From positions 1 to 58,829 of the forward strand of contig JAVVGL010000013.1 in NCBI GenBank assembly GCA_032249135.1: 58,829 nt of DNA. Direction: 5' to 3'. The DNA is from Candidatus Calescibacterium sp. Its GTDB lineage: Bacteria > Calescibacteriota > Calescibacteriia > Calescibacteriales > Calescibacteriaceae. The notes under the pieces are model-generated. The model saw only the letters and a list, made by a program, of their open reading frames with translations. It made no database searches and was not told where the DNA came from. The position numbers and the translations under genes are program-made. Below, in pieces: positions 10,435 through 20,477 of this stretch; position 1 is the first letter of the stretch; each line of letters opens with the position of its first letter.

Positions 10435-11052
10435 ATGATACCTTCACATTATCAGGACGAACTAGACGAACTTGAAAAGCTTGACGATCCATTTAACATA
10501 TTTTCAGCGTGGTATAAAATAGCGTCGGAGAAAGAAAATGATCCAACTTATATGTATATTTCAACGGTTGATGAAGAGGGGAGACCGAATATAAGAACAG
10601 TTCTTTTGAAAAAATTTGGGAAAGAAGGTTTTGTATTTTTTACAAATATTGAATCTAAAAAAGGTAGAGAAATCCAAAAGAACCCTTTTGTTGCGGCACT
10701 CTTTTGGTGGCAAAACTTTGGCAGACAAGTGAAAATAAGAGGTAAAGCTGAGAAAATCTCCGAGAAGGAAGCCGATGAATATTTCAAAACAAGACCAAGA
10801 TTAGCTCAAATTGCAGCTTGGGCATCAAGACAAAGCCAACCGATAAGTTCATATAAAGAACTGATTGAAAGATTCAAAAAGTATGAAAAAGAGTTTGAAG
10901 GGAAAGAAGTTCCTCGCCCTCCATACTGGCTTGGCTTCAGAATAATTCCTTACGAATTTGAGTTTCTGATTTACACCACCGAAAGATTACACAAAAGAGC
11001 TTTATTTTATCTTGAAAGCGGAAGATGGAAAAAGACCTTTTTGTGCCCTTAA
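10435..11052 (+). CDS. pdxH: Pyridoxamine 5'-phosphate oxidase
   Basis: RTVLLK, FFTN.ESKKG, RQVKIRG, YFKTRP, AWASRQS, RPPYW. Confidence 0.92.
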   Translation: MIPSHYQDELDELEKLDDPFNIFSAWYKIASEKENDPTYMYISTVDEEGRPNIRTVLLKKFGKEGFVFFTNIESKKGREIQKNPFVAALFWWQNFGRQVKIRGKAEKISEKEADEYFKTRPRLAQIAAWASRQSQPISSYKELIERFKKYEKEFEGKEVPRPPYWLGFRIIPYEFEFLIYTTERLHKRALFYLESGRWKKTFLCP

Positions 11053-12090
11053 ATTGAAGGAAGTAAAAAACAAAGATGTAAAAAGAAGCCAAGCGTTAAC
11101 TTGATGTAGAACTCCCCAAAGAACTGGTATGTCTCCTTTTGAGTTCAGGGTTGTTATGATTCCCAAAATGAGCTGCATTAACCAAAGAATAATTGGCAAA
11201 AAAACCCCTTTTAAAGCAAGGAAAATCAAAACCACACCTAAAATCAGAGCAAAATGCCTGTGAAAAAAATTTAAAAATAGAGGATTGTTTAGAAAATCTT
11301 TTTGTGAAAATAAATTTGGTGGTATAAGATGTCCGTTCATATCAGGGTAAGTTGGAGCTAAAAGAGCAGCTTTATGTCCAGCGACCAATGTCCCGGCAAT
11401 GAATTGGAAAACAAAAATCAAAATAGCAACCAAGCTCAACATCTTTATCTTTCTGAAATCTGTTGAAAATCCAGCTTCTTCATAATTTTTATTTCCAATA
11501 TTTTGATTAATAACTTCATTTTGACTAACAACTTCTTTCCCTGTCGTTTTAGATTTATATATTCCGTAAAGAACGAAAGAGTATAATCCGAGAGCAAAAG
11601 TGTTATGTAAAGCTAAAAATATAGGAGAAACAAAAATTCTATCTTCAACAATCCCTGTTCTCACCATAAGCCATCCTAAAACTCCTTGAACAAAAATCAA
11701 AAAGATAAGTGTAATGAAGTATTTTACCCATGTTTTATCTATTACTTTTTTCAGAGAAAGTATAATTAGAGGAAAAATCACCGCAAAACCAATCATCCTG
11801 CCCCAGAGCCTGTGCAGATATTCCAAAATGTAAAGTTTTTTGAACTCTTGCAAACTTATAGAGAACATAAGTCTTCTGTATTGAGGTATTTTTTTATATT
11901 TTTCAAACTCTTCCTCCCAGTGCCTTTGAGTCAAAGGAGGGATTATTCCAGTCACCGGTCTCCATTCAACGATAGCTAATCCAGCCTTTGAAAGCCTCGT
12001 AATACCTCCAAGCAATACCATGACAAAAATCATAAAACCAAGAATGCTCAACCATATTGCAATAATATTATTTCTTTTACCATCCCCCAT
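11002..12090 (-). CDS. ctaA: Heme A synthase (COX15/CtaA, type 2)
   Basis: GGITRLSKAGLAIVEW, EYLHRLWGR, QGVLGWLMV, LALH, FFHR, LHQ. Confidence 0.88.
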   Translation of the reverse strand: MGDGKRNNIIAIWLSILGFMIFVMVLLGGITRLSKAGLAIVEWRPVTGIIPPLTQRHWEEEFEKYKKIPQYRRLMFSISLQEFKKLYILEYLHRLWGRMIGFAVIFPLIILSLKKVIDKTWVKYFITLIFLIFVQGVLGWLMVRTGIVEDRIFVSPIFLALHNTFALGLYSFVLYGIYKSKTTGKEVVSQNEVINQNIGNKNYEEAGFSTDFRKIKMLSLVAILIFVFQFIAGTLVAGHKAALLAPTYPDMNGHLIPPNLFSQKDFLNNPLFLNFFHRHFALILGVVLIFLALKGVFLPIILWLMQLILGIITTLNSKGDIPVLWGVLHQVNAWLLFTSLFFTSFNLRAQKGLFPSSAFKIK

Positions 12091-12289
12091 AGCTTTTTAA
12101 TTCTCATTTTTATTATGCAATTTTCTTCATAATTTAGCGATGTAAAAAATAAGTTAAAAGTTTCCGAATTAAAATTTTGCGAAGTGTTTTTGATTTTTTA
12201 GCTTTAATAACATTTGTTGGGTTTTATTGGTAAGTTCATTTTTTTAGGAAAGTAGATTAAATTTTTATATTTAAGGAGGTGAAAGAGTT

Positions 12290-12718
12290 GTGAAATTTGA
12301 TAAGATAATAAACCACATAAGGGAAATAAACGAGAAAAATAGGGCAGAAATGATGACAATTCCCCGCAAGATAAGTCCGGCAAACTTCGCAGAATGTGTT
12401 GATGTTATACTCAAATTCTTCAATTCAATAATGAGAGCCCACCTTGTCGTTCAGATGTGTGAGATCGCAGAATCTCTTGAAATTCCCCCACGAGATAAAG
12501 CTCAACTTACATATCTTAAAGAAACGATAAAAGAGAACATACTCGGATTATACAAAGCGGTATCTTTAATAATTGATGGACTCTTAAAAAACTATTCACA
12601 AGAATCATTTGAATACAAAGCTTTTGATGAGCTGAAAGGAAATATAGAGCAAATTATGAGCAAATACTTACCACGAGAGACTGAAAAGAATGTCGCAGAA
12701 GAAATAAAATCTGCTTAA
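12290..12718 (+). CDS. Hypothetical alpha-helical protein
   Basis: 142-aa ORF with a strong TAAGGAGGTGA RBS at 12272-12282 before GTG; no motif recognised. Confidence 0.7.
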   Translation: MKFDKIINHIREINEKNRAEMMTIPRKISPANFAECVDVILKFFNSIMRAHLVVQMCEIAESLEIPPRDKAQLTYLKETIKENILGLYKAVSLIIDGLLKNYSQESFEYKAFDELKGNIEQIMSKYLPRETEKNVAEEIKSA

Positions 12719-12824
12719 AGATTAGGCAAAATAAAGACAAAATTTTACAACAAGCAATAAAATTCAAACAGAAATTTGATTGCCAAACAATAAGTTCGTT
12801 CAATCACATATAATGTTTTAGTCT

Positions 12825-13301
12825 ATGAGGAAAAGATGGGCTATATTTTTTATCATTTCGCTTTGCATTTTCGCTGCTGATATTTCAACAAAATATATAA
12901 TTGAGCAAAAATTACCATATCTTTCAGAAGTGAAAGTCACAGAATTTTTCAATATAGTTCATATAAGAAATAGAGGTGTAGTCTTTGGAATGCTTTCCGA
13001 TATTCAAAACGAAAAAATAAGGTTAGTTCTCAATTTTATATCGGTTTTTGTTATGGTTGCCCTCCTTTATTTCGCAAGATTTTTCTCCGGTATTCCCTTT
13101 TACACGATAGGAGCTATGTTCGGAGCAGCTCTCGGGAATGTCTCCGAAAGAATTTTCAAAGGCTATGTAGTTGATTTTTTAGATTTCCATATAGGTAAAT
13201 ATCACTGGCCAGCTTTCAATATAGCGGACTCAGTTATAACGGTAGGAATGATAATTTTGGTTTCGCATGGATTATTCTCAAAAAAACACGAGCAAACTTG
13301 A
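12825..13301 (+). CDS. lspA: Lipoprotein signal peptidase II
   Basis: DISTK, NRGVVFG, GALGN-like AALGN, VVDFLD, WPAFNIADS. Confidence 0.93.
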   Translation: MRKRWAIFFIISLCIFAADISTKYIIEQKLPYLSEVKVTEFFNIVHIRNRGVVFGMLSDIQNEKIRLVLNFISVFVMVALLYFARFFSGIPFYTIGAMFGAALGNVSERIFKGYVVDFLDFHIGKYHWPAFNIADSVITVGMIILVSHGLFSKKHEQT

Positions 13302-13350
13302 AGCAGAAAAATAAAAAAACGGAGGAGCTGCAATAAATAAAAAATAAAAA

Positions 13351-14589
13351 ATGGAAAGGATTAGTTCTGATCAGAAAATAGCCATAATCGGTATAAATGA
13401 AGACGGAATTGCTGGTTTATCTAAAAAAGCTATTGACCAAATAAAATCAGCAGATATTATTGTAGGTGGTAAAAGACATATAAATCTTGTATCACAAATT
13501 CTTTCTCAAAGCCAAAAGATAGTTTATATAGGCGCAAATATAAGTTCCACCCTTGATGAAATAGAATCTTACATCAAAGAAGGGAAAAGAATTGTAGTTT
13601 TAAATTCAGGAGATCCTTTATTTTTCGGGTTTTCAAAAAATCTATTTGAAAGGTTTGGAAAAGATATCTTTGAGGTTATACCGAATTTATCATCTTTGCA
13701 GCTTGCATTTGCGAAAATAAAAGAAACATGGGATGACGCAAAAATTATAAGTATTCATTCAAAAGCGTTCAGTTTAGATGATTTTTTCTGGGATATAGTT
13801 GAAAATGAAAAAATATTTATATTGACATCTGGGAAAGATGATCCTAAAAAAATAGCGGAATTTCTTGAAAAGAACGATATAAATGTGAAGAAATTTTTTG
13901 TTCTTGAAAATTTAGGTGGAGAAAACGAAAGAGTTTTAGAACTTAATACAAAAGATGTATCAAAATATGATTTCTCACCTCTGAATGTCGTAATAATACT
14001 TAAAGATAAAAAAGAAAGAGTTTTTCATATCGGAGAAGAAGATGAAAATTTTGCCTCAAAAGAGGGTCTGATAACGAAATCTGAAATAAGAGCAATAGTT
14101 TTATCTAAACTTTGCTTGAAAGAAAATTCTGTTGTGTGGGATATAGGTGGTGGTTCAGGTTCAGTATCAATAGAATGCGCACTTATTGCAAGAAAAGGTA
14201 AAGTATATTGTATAGAAAAAAGAAAAGATTTGATTGACATTATAAAAGAAAATACAGAAAAGTTCAAAGCAAAAAATTTAGTAATTGTTCACGGTGAAGC
14301 TCCACAAATATTAGAAAATTTAGAAGATCCTGACTCGGTTTTTATAGGTGGAGGAGGAGAAAAAATAGAAGATATAATAGAAGAATGCTTAAAAAGAGAA
14401 AAATTGAAAAATCTTGTTGCAACATTCGTTGTCCCATCACATTTTATAAGAGCAAAAGAGTTCCTTGAAAAAAAAGGCTTTAATCCAGAATGCCTTTTTA
14501 TAAATGTTATGAAATTAAAAAAAATTGATAGGTTTGAAAAATTTGAAGAGAAAACAAATGTATTCTTGCTGAATGTTAAAATAAAGTGA
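13351..14589 (+). CDS. cbiE: Precorrin-6Y C5,15-methyltransferase, CbiE-CbiT fusion (CobL-like)
   Basis: GGKRH, SGDPLFFG, SSLQLAFA, ENLG, ITKSEIR, WDIGGGSGSVSIE, PDSVFIGG. Confidence 0.9.
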   Translation: MERISSDQKIAIIGINEDGIAGLSKKAIDQIKSADIIVGGKRHINLVSQILSQSQKIVYIGANISSTLDEIESYIKEGKRIVVLNSGDPLFFGFSKNLFERFGKDIFEVIPNLSSLQLAFAKIKETWDDAKIISIHSKAFSLDDFFWDIVENEKIFILTSGKDDPKKIAEFLEKNDINVKKFFVLENLGGENERVLELNTKDVSKYDFSPLNVVIILKDKKERVFHIGEEDENFASKEGLITKSEIRAIVLSKLCLKENSVVWDIGGGSGSVSIECALIARKGKVYCIEKRKDLIDIIKENTEKFKAKNLVIVHGEAPQILENLEDPDSVFIGGGGEKIEDIIEECLKREKLKNLVATFVVPSHFIRAKEFLEKKGFNPECLFINVMKLKKIDRFEKFEEKTNVFLLNVKIK

Positions 14590-14609
14590 AAATGTTAAAA
14601 TAAAGTGAA
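14572..14609. repeat. Perfect 19-nt tandem duplication (AATGTTAAAATAAAGTGAA x2) spanning the cbiET stop codon
   Basis: Read directly from sequence. Confidence 0.9.
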
Positions 14610-14614
14610 GATGA

Positions 14615-14821
14615 TCACTTAAAAATCCCATCTAAAATTTTGTTTGCACCAAAATTTTTCAGATTTGGCGAAAAATAAGAATGTTTAAAAGAGGAAATAC
14701 TCATTCCTCTGAAATCTTTTGTTCTAAAATCTAAAATTCCATTTATATTTTGCGGATAAAATCCACAGGATTTACATTTTAAGTTTTCAACTTTCCCTTT
14801 GCAGTCTGGACAGATGAACAT
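14615..14821 (-). CDS. Small Zn-ribbon protein (Trm112-like), possibly a truncated methyltransferase N-terminus
   Basis: FICPDCK...LKCKSCG.YP..NGILDF. Confidence 0.5.
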   Translation of the reverse strand: MFICPDCKGKVENLKCKSCGFYPQNINGILDFRTKDFRGMSISSFKHSYFSPNLKNFGANKILDGIFK

Positions 14822-14887
14822 CTTCTAAAAAATAATTACTTTTTGACTAATTTTCAATAAATTTGAGTAAATTGAGCTTTTGAAAAA

Positions 14888-17476
14888 TCAATCAACAAAG
14901 TCTGTTATAGGAGACCTATATATTTTTGATATAGCGACTTGGGATATATACCTGAATTCATAAATTTTCTCAATTTGCCTCAGAACCTCAACAGTTTGAG
15001 AAACCATTCTTGCCAAATCTCCAACTTCAATTCCACTCTTTTCCTGAACATCATGAATATCTCCACCTTTCGCCCATATCTTCATAGCAGAATAAATTTT
15101 GCCATCTAAAAAAGCTAAGACAGTATATTTTGCCCCCCATTTGCGCACAACCACCTCGGCTGGTTTAAATTTTGGGGTAATTCCGAATTTCAGCTCAAGC
15201 TGATATATCTTCTCAACTTCACGCTCTATATGTTGAGGAGGTTTTACAAAAGGAGGTTTTGGTTCGCCCAAAAGCATAGCTAATGTTGCAGCAAAAATTG
15301 CAGGGTCATTCCCAAAAAGTCCCTTCTTCAACAACTCATATATATATATGGACCGCGGGGTTTTCAGGTTTGAAGCCTCCCATCCTTTCTCTGTGAGCAT
15401 ATAATCCTGGTCCAAATACCCCATAAATTTCAAGAATTCTATCGTTCTTCTGAACTCTTTTTCAACTTCATCTGGATTATCTTTTAACATTTTATTTAGT
15501 TTATCATCAAGTTCCTTCAAATTTTTAGATATTTCTGAACATACATCAAAAGCTTGACAAGACGAACAAGGAAATCTTGATATTTCCTCAATTCTCCTTT
15601 TATTCTCTTCTTTTATTTTGATGACCAATTTTTCAGATCTGTTGATTAAAGATTGTATCGCTTGAAGCAGATTTTCTTTATCATAAAACCTTTTATCTGT
15701 AAAAAGTGGGAGTATTTTCTCCTTTGTAAATTTTTTTTCGTCCTCTTTCAGCGAAATAAAAAATTCAAATTTGAATTTCTTTTTCTTTTTTCCATCGTCA
15801 GAATTCCCAAAACATTCCCAGTCCTCCGATAGTATGAGCTTTCCTTTTTTATTTACAAGAAATCTAACCAAATTTCCATTCATTGAATTTTCACCCTTTA
15901 TTGAATTAAGAAGCTTTTCAAGAATTGATACCCTTGTTTTGAGTTCCTCTATCGTTTTTTCACCTTGATACAAATTTTTTTGAGTGTTCAGAAAATCTAT
16001 TTTAGTTTTTGGGGAACATCTTTTCTCTTGCGGCTTTATTTTCTGAAATTCTGAAATGAGCTGATCTATCTTCGCCTTTACACCTTCTTTTTCTTTCTCC
16101 CACTTCTCAACAGAATTTGATATCTCAAAGAATTTTAAACTCTTTCTTATAAGCTCCAAACACTTTGGTATATCAAGTGATTTGAGAAGATTAAGAACAA
16201 GATGTGGAGTGATATAAAAACTTGATCTTATAGGCTCTATATCGCCAAAAAATTTCTTTATTTCTTGACCACAAGGTGCAGCTATGAATACATAACCCAC
16301 AGTATCTTTGCCTCTTCTACCTGCTCTTCCTGTCATCTGCAATACCTCGGAGGGAGAGAGCAATCTTTCTCTTTCTCCATCAAATGTGTATTTTGAGGCT
16401 ATAACAACAGATTTTGCTGGAACATCAATTCCTGATGCAAGAGTTTTTGTAGCGAATATAGAGTGGGCAAGACCGATTTTGAGAGCATCTTCAAAGAGAA
16501 CTTTCATAGCTGGAAAAAGTCCAGCGTGATGAGGAGCTACACCTGTTTTTATAAAATTCAAAACAAAAAGATCATCACGAAGATATGGGAAATTTTGGAA
16601 GTAACTTTCACAAAACTCTCGTCTCCTTTCCTCATCTTGATCAGAATCATCTAAATTTATTTTTCCTTCATCAACCATCTTACCTACTTGCAAGGCATAC
16701 TCTTCACACTCTTTTCGTGAAGAGAAGAAGATAATAGAAGGGGTTGCTCCTTTTTCTTTGAGTTTAACAAGAGCTCGCGGAACAGAAAAATCACTTTGAT
16801 TTTCTATTATCTCCCCAGGTTCAATTTTCAAAGATGATGAGACCTCTGTTTTAAAAAGAGGCTTAATTGTTCTGCCCAAAGAGAACCAAATGAGCGGTAC
16901 AGGTCTTTCAAACTTGAAAACAACTTTGACATCCTTCTGTCTGGTTTTTGATATCCATAAAGCTATTTCTTCTACATTTGGAAAAGTTGCAGAAAGTAGA
17001 AGAAGTTGAGCTTTCTTTGGAGCAAAAATTATCATCTCTTCCCAAACAACTCCCCTTTCTTTATCAGCTATCCAGTGAGCTTCATCAAGAACAATAAAAT
17101 CTACATCCAGATCTTTTACTAATCCTTCCTCAATTATTATATTTCTGAAGATTTCCGTTGTTCCCACAAGAATTGGAGCTTTTGTGTTTTCTTTTCTATC
17201 CCCTGTCATTATGCCGACATTTTCTGGGCCAAAGAGTTTTTTGAAATCTCTGTATTTGTCGTTTGATAGAGCTTTCAGAGGAGAAGCATACCAGGTTCTC
17301 CCCCCCTTTTTTAGTATATCCTGAATTCTGACTTCTGCTATTAAAGTTTTCCCAGAACCCGTTGGAGCAGAAACGAGAACATCAAAACCTTGGAAAAGAT
17401 AATCTATTGCTTCTTTTTGAAAATCGTCTAACTTTATTTTTCTTTCAAGTTCTATTTGTTCAAAAACATAGTTCAT
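14888..17476 (-). CDS. Ski2-like DEAH-box RNA helicase (HelY-like)
   Basis: APTGSGKT, PLKALSNDKY, DEAH, LSAT, HHAG, QMTGRAGRRG, DSHCT-like C-terminus (GDLARMV). Confidence 0.9.
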   Translation of the reverse strand: MNYVFEQIELERKIKLDDFQKEAIDYLFQGFDVLVSAPTGSGKTLIAEVRIQDILKKGGRTWYASPLKALSNDKYRDFKKLFGPENVGIMTGDRKENTKAPILVGTTEIFRNIIIEEGLVKDLDVDFIVLDEAHWIADKERGVVWEEMIIFAPKKAQLLLLSATFPNVEEIALWISKTRQKDVKVVFKFERPVPLIWFSLGRTIKPLFKTEVSSSLKIEPGEIIENQSDFSVPRALVKLKEKGATPSIIFFSSRKECEEYALQVGKMVDEGKINLDDSDQDEERRREFCESYFQNFPYLRDDLFVLNFIKTGVAPHHAGLFPAMKVLFEDALKIGLAHSIFATKTLASGIDVPAKSVVIASKYTFDGERERLLSPSEVLQMTGRAGRRGKDTVGYVFIAAPCGQEIKKFFGDIEPIRSSFYITPHLVLNLLKSLDIPKCLELIRKSLKFFEISNSVEKWEKEKEGVKAKIDQLISEFQKIKPQEKRCSPKTKIDFLNTQKNLYQGEKTIEELKTRVSILEKLLNSIKGENSMNGNLVRFLVNKKGKLILSEDWECFGNSDDGKKKKKFKFEFFISLKEDEKKFTKEKILPLFTDKRFYDKENLLQAIQSLINRSEKLVIKIKEENKRRIEEISRFPCSSCQAFDVCSEISKNLKELDDKLNKMLKDNPDEVEKEFRRTIEFLKFMGYLDQDYMLTEKGWEASNLKTPRSIYIYELLKKGLFGNDPAIFAATLAMLLGEPKPPFVKPPQHIEREVEKIYQLELKFGITPKFKPAEVVVRKWGAKYTVLAFLDGKIYSAMKIWAKGGDIHDVQEKSGIEVGDLARMVSQTVEVLRQIEKIYEFRYISQVAISKIYRSPITDFVD

Positions 17477-17504
17477 TTATTACAACGAAATCTTTTCTCC
17501 TTTT

Positions 17505-17596
17505 GGGCGGAGGGGACGGGATTTGAACCCGTGCGCCCCTTTTTACGGGGCACGTGGTTTCCAGCCACGCTCCTTGGGCCGCTCGGACACCCCTCC
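17505..17596 (-). tRNA. tRNA-Ser (anticodon GGA)
   Basis: Acceptor GGAGGGG/CCCCTCC, anticodon arm CGTGG-CT GGA AA-CCACG, long variable arm GCCCCGTAAAAAGGGGC, GGTTCAAATCC T-loop, discriminator G followed by CCCA. Confidence 0.95.
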
Positions 17597-17600
17597 TTTT

Positions 17601-17675
17601 TGGCTGGGGGGCGAGGACTCGAACCTCGACCCTCGGATCCAGAGTCCGATGTTCTGCCAATTAAACTACCCCCCA
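17601..17675 (-). tRNA. tRNA-Gln (anticodon CTG)
   Basis: Acceptor TGGGGGG/CCCCCCA, anticodon arm TCGGA-CT CTG GA-TCCGA, GGTTCGAGTCC, encoded CCA. Confidence 0.96.
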
Positions 17676-17718
17676 ATTTTTTATATTTTAAGACTTAAAA
17701 GCAAAACAAAATAAAAAT

Positions 17719-19992
17719 TCAGGTTTTGTACACCACCCTTCTTAAACGCAGAACTAAAAAAACTGAAAATATGTATATAGCAAATATTAAAATTGAATAA
17801 AAATCATTTTGCGATGAAACAAAACATCCGCAAGAGTCCCCATCAAACCCTATACCAGATGTATAAACTTTTTTCCTCTCCACACTACTTCCTCCAGTTT
17901 CCCCACTACTGTTTCCAAGTCCTATCCATCCCCCTAAAAACTCCACTTCAAACTCACTCGGTACCGTTGAATCAAAATATAGCTTATGATAAGTGCTCCA
18001 TCCAAGATCATAATAACCTGACGAATCAAGAACACGAAATGGAACAGAACTTTTCATTAAAATAACGGTATATGTTTTGTTTCCTACTCTCTCAGATGAT
18101 TTTTGAATTTCCACACTTTTTCCTTCTTTATTGATACCAGATGGTACCACAGGCGGAATATTGCTCAGGAATTCAGGAACTCTGAGTTTGCCACATCCCC
18201 AGATTTTGTTTGGGACATCACCTGTAAAATTATCTTTCAGAGCACCCTTACACAGAGCATCAATTATTTCTTGCGGAGTAAGATAAGGATTCCTTTCAAG
18301 AGCCAAAGCAACTGCCCCCGTAACATGCGGTGTCGCTTGCGATGTTCCTGAATCTCCACATAAATAATCATCACTTGACGGACAAAGAGAATATATTACC
18401 TCTCCAGGAGCCGTTATGTTAGGTTTTGATGAATCAAATCCCCAAGAAGAAAAGACAGAAATTTGACCTCTCTCTCTTTTTGCTGATGTCAAGTTATACG
18501 AACCAACAGCTATTATATCAGGAGATGTTCCAGGAACGGAAATAGTTCCTTCAGATACCGGTTTTAAATCTCCCTCTGATGAAAAAAGACATCCTTGGGG
18601 ATCAGATGATACCCATCCATCTATTCTTACTTTTTTTGAACTTTTGAATTTCAATACAAGTTTATCATTTATTTTTTCCGAAGCGAATATTATGCCATCT
18701 TTTATTTCAGATTTTGAATAAGTTATATTTTCAAGGTAAAAAGATATATCTGCTCCTCCTTCGTAATCAATAAGAGCTCTTTGCGATCCAGAGTTGACGA
18801 CAAATTTTCTTTCTCCCTTTTTGATTTCTGTATAAGAGTCTTTTATACCTAAAATATAGGCAGATATTTCAAGGTTTGAACCTTTACCTACCCAAAATTG
18901 GACTTCACAATCTCCTAACAAATCTATTACCACTGATACTTCGCCTTGAAATTCACCACCAACATGTATTTTTTGATTTGCCTCGTTTCCAGCTGCTGCA
19001 ACTATAATTCTACCTTTTCCAAGTTGTTGTCTGAGAAGTAGTTCAAATAAACTTGTTCCATCGTGTGGACCAAAGTGTCCTCCCAAACTTATATTTACAA
19101 CTGCCGGTAACCTCCATTTTTCAGCATAAGAGAAAATATATTTCACGGCATCAACTACTAAATCTTCGTACATGGGTGTTGATACCACAATTAAAAGAGA
19201 TTCAGGAGCTATTCCTACCTCCTTACCATCTCCTGCATCAAGAGCAATCACTCCAGATATGTGAGTTCCATGACCTGATTTATCACTATGAGGACATCCT
19301 TTGTAGTCTTTTATATCATCTCTCAAAGAAGGGAACAAGCATTCTACTCCGTAATTGAAGTTCTGAGGTGTGGTGAAGCCTCCTGTGTAATTTTTACTTT
19401 CTTGATCCCATATTATAGTTGCTTTTGAAAAGTTTCTTTTCAACCCAAAACGGGAAAGAGCATCTGAAATATCATACGCAAAAAATTCAGAGTACCATCT
19501 TACGCCTGTATCTATTATTCCCACTATTACTCCTTTTCCGCTGACCCTGAAAATATCACGAGCTGCTCTTGCTCCTATTTCCTCTGATGATTCATAAATT
19601 TTTGCAAAGACTCTCCTCAAATAGTTTTCACCGCTATGCTCCACATTTTCCTGTGTATTTTTGGGAAAAAGCTTGCGAGGATATCTCAAATATATTATGT
19701 TTTCAGTAAAACATTTCCTTGGATTCCACAAGTTTTTTAAAATACAATCTATATCATCCTTCCGAAGTTCTTTTGCCCAGACAACCGGGATAAAGTTCAT
19801 TCCCAATTTAGGCCCCCAAAAATTCAGAGGAGATAAATTACCCTGCAAATTAATCTCTACTTCTTTCAGCTCCACAACCATAATTTTTTTATTTTCCTGA
19901 TGGGTATGAGCTTTCAGAATCAATAAAGGATCTATAACAACTTTTTCTGGTATTAATCCGAGAAAAACAAAGCAAAATATGAATGAGTTCAT
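17719..19992 (-). CDS. Subtilisin-like S8 serine peptidase with C-terminal Cys-containing membrane anchor
   Basis: IIDTG (Asp), GHGTHISG (His), AAGNE (oxyanion Asn), SGTSQATPHVTG (Ser); C-terminal SCGC + TM helix + RLRR. Confidence 0.9.
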   Translation of the reverse strand: MNSFIFCFVFLGLIPEKVVIDPLLILKAHTHQENKKIMVVELKEVEINLQGNLSPLNFWGPKLGMNFIPVVWAKELRKDDIDCILKNLWNPRKCFTENIIYLRYPRKLFPKNTQENVEHSGENYLRRVFAKIYESSEEIGARAARDIFRVSGKGVIVGIIDTGVRWYSEFFAYDISDALSRFGLKRNFSKATIIWDQESKNYTGGFTTPQNFNYGVECLFPSLRDDIKDYKGCPHSDKSGHGTHISGVIALDAGDGKEVGIAPESLLIVVSTPMYEDLVVDAVKYIFSYAEKWRLPAVVNISLGGHFGPHDGTSLFELLLRQQLGKGRIIVAAAGNEANQKIHVGGEFQGEVSVVIDLLGDCEVQFWVGKGSNLEISAYILGIKDSYTEIKKGERKFVVNSGSQRALIDYEGGADISFYLENITYSKSEIKDGIIFASEKINDKLVLKFKSSKKVRIDGWVSSDPQGCLFSSEGDLKPVSEGTISVPGTSPDIIAVGSYNLTSAKRERGQISVFSSWGFDSSKPNITAPGEVIYSLCPSSDDYLCGDSGTSQATPHVTGAVALALERNPYLTPQEIIDALCKGALKDNFTGDVPNKIWGCGKLRVPEFLSNIPPVVPSGINKEGKSVEIQKSSERVGNKTYTVILMKSSVPFRVLDSSGYYDLGWSTYHKLYFDSTVPSEFEVEFLGGWIGLGNSSGETGGSSVERKKVYTSGIGFDGDSCGCFVSSQNDFYSILIFAIYIFSVFLVLRLRRVVYKT

Positions 19993-20076
19993 ACTTTTTC
20001 AGACAGGTAAAACTTTAAAAATAATTTTTTTGATTTTTTGAAAATTGATTTTATTGTTTTAATTTCATAGTTTTAT

Positions 20077-20421
20077 ATGGAAGTAAAGAGTGGGAAAATT
20101 TGTAAAGTTTGTACAGGCGAGTTACCGCCAATAACATATAAAAATCCTGATTTTTTGGCTCAATTTCTTACTCCACGTGGTATGATAAAAGCAAAAAAAA
20201 CCACTGGATTATGCTCAAAGCACCATAGACAACTTGCAAGAAATATAAAGAGAGCAAGGCATCTAGCTTTATTACCATTTACAACAGTAGGGGTAAAGCT
20301 TCAACCTCACGAATTGAAAGAAATTTTTGAGTTATCTGCTAAAAAGAAACAAAACGAAGATCAGCAACAAAAATCTAAGCAAAAAGAAGAAGAACTAAAA
20401 GAAGAAGAAAAAGAAGAATGA
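20077..20421 (+). CDS. rpsR: 30S ribosomal protein S18 (Zn-binding type, charged C-terminal extension)
   Basis: CKVC, YKNPDFLAQF, TGLCSKHHRQLARNIKRAR.LALLPF. Confidence 0.93.
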   Translation: MEVKSGKICKVCTGELPPITYKNPDFLAQFLTPRGMIKAKKTTGLCSKHHRQLARNIKRARHLALLPFTTVGVKLQPHELKEIFELSAKKKQNEDQQQKSKQKEEELKEEEKEE

Positions 20422-20477
20422 AAAGAGTAAAAAAATAAAGCAAAAAACTAAAAATAAATAAAAAAAGGAGGTTTTTG

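Noticed and set aside
11002-11052. 51-nt convergent overlap of pdxH and ctaA (also 44 nt for GT4/DoxX at 46493-46536)
   Set aside because: Short tail overlaps are common in compact genomes and the overlapping tails show no conserved motifs
17456-17714. Four short ORFs over the GC-rich patch
   Set aside because: They are shadows of the two tRNA genes
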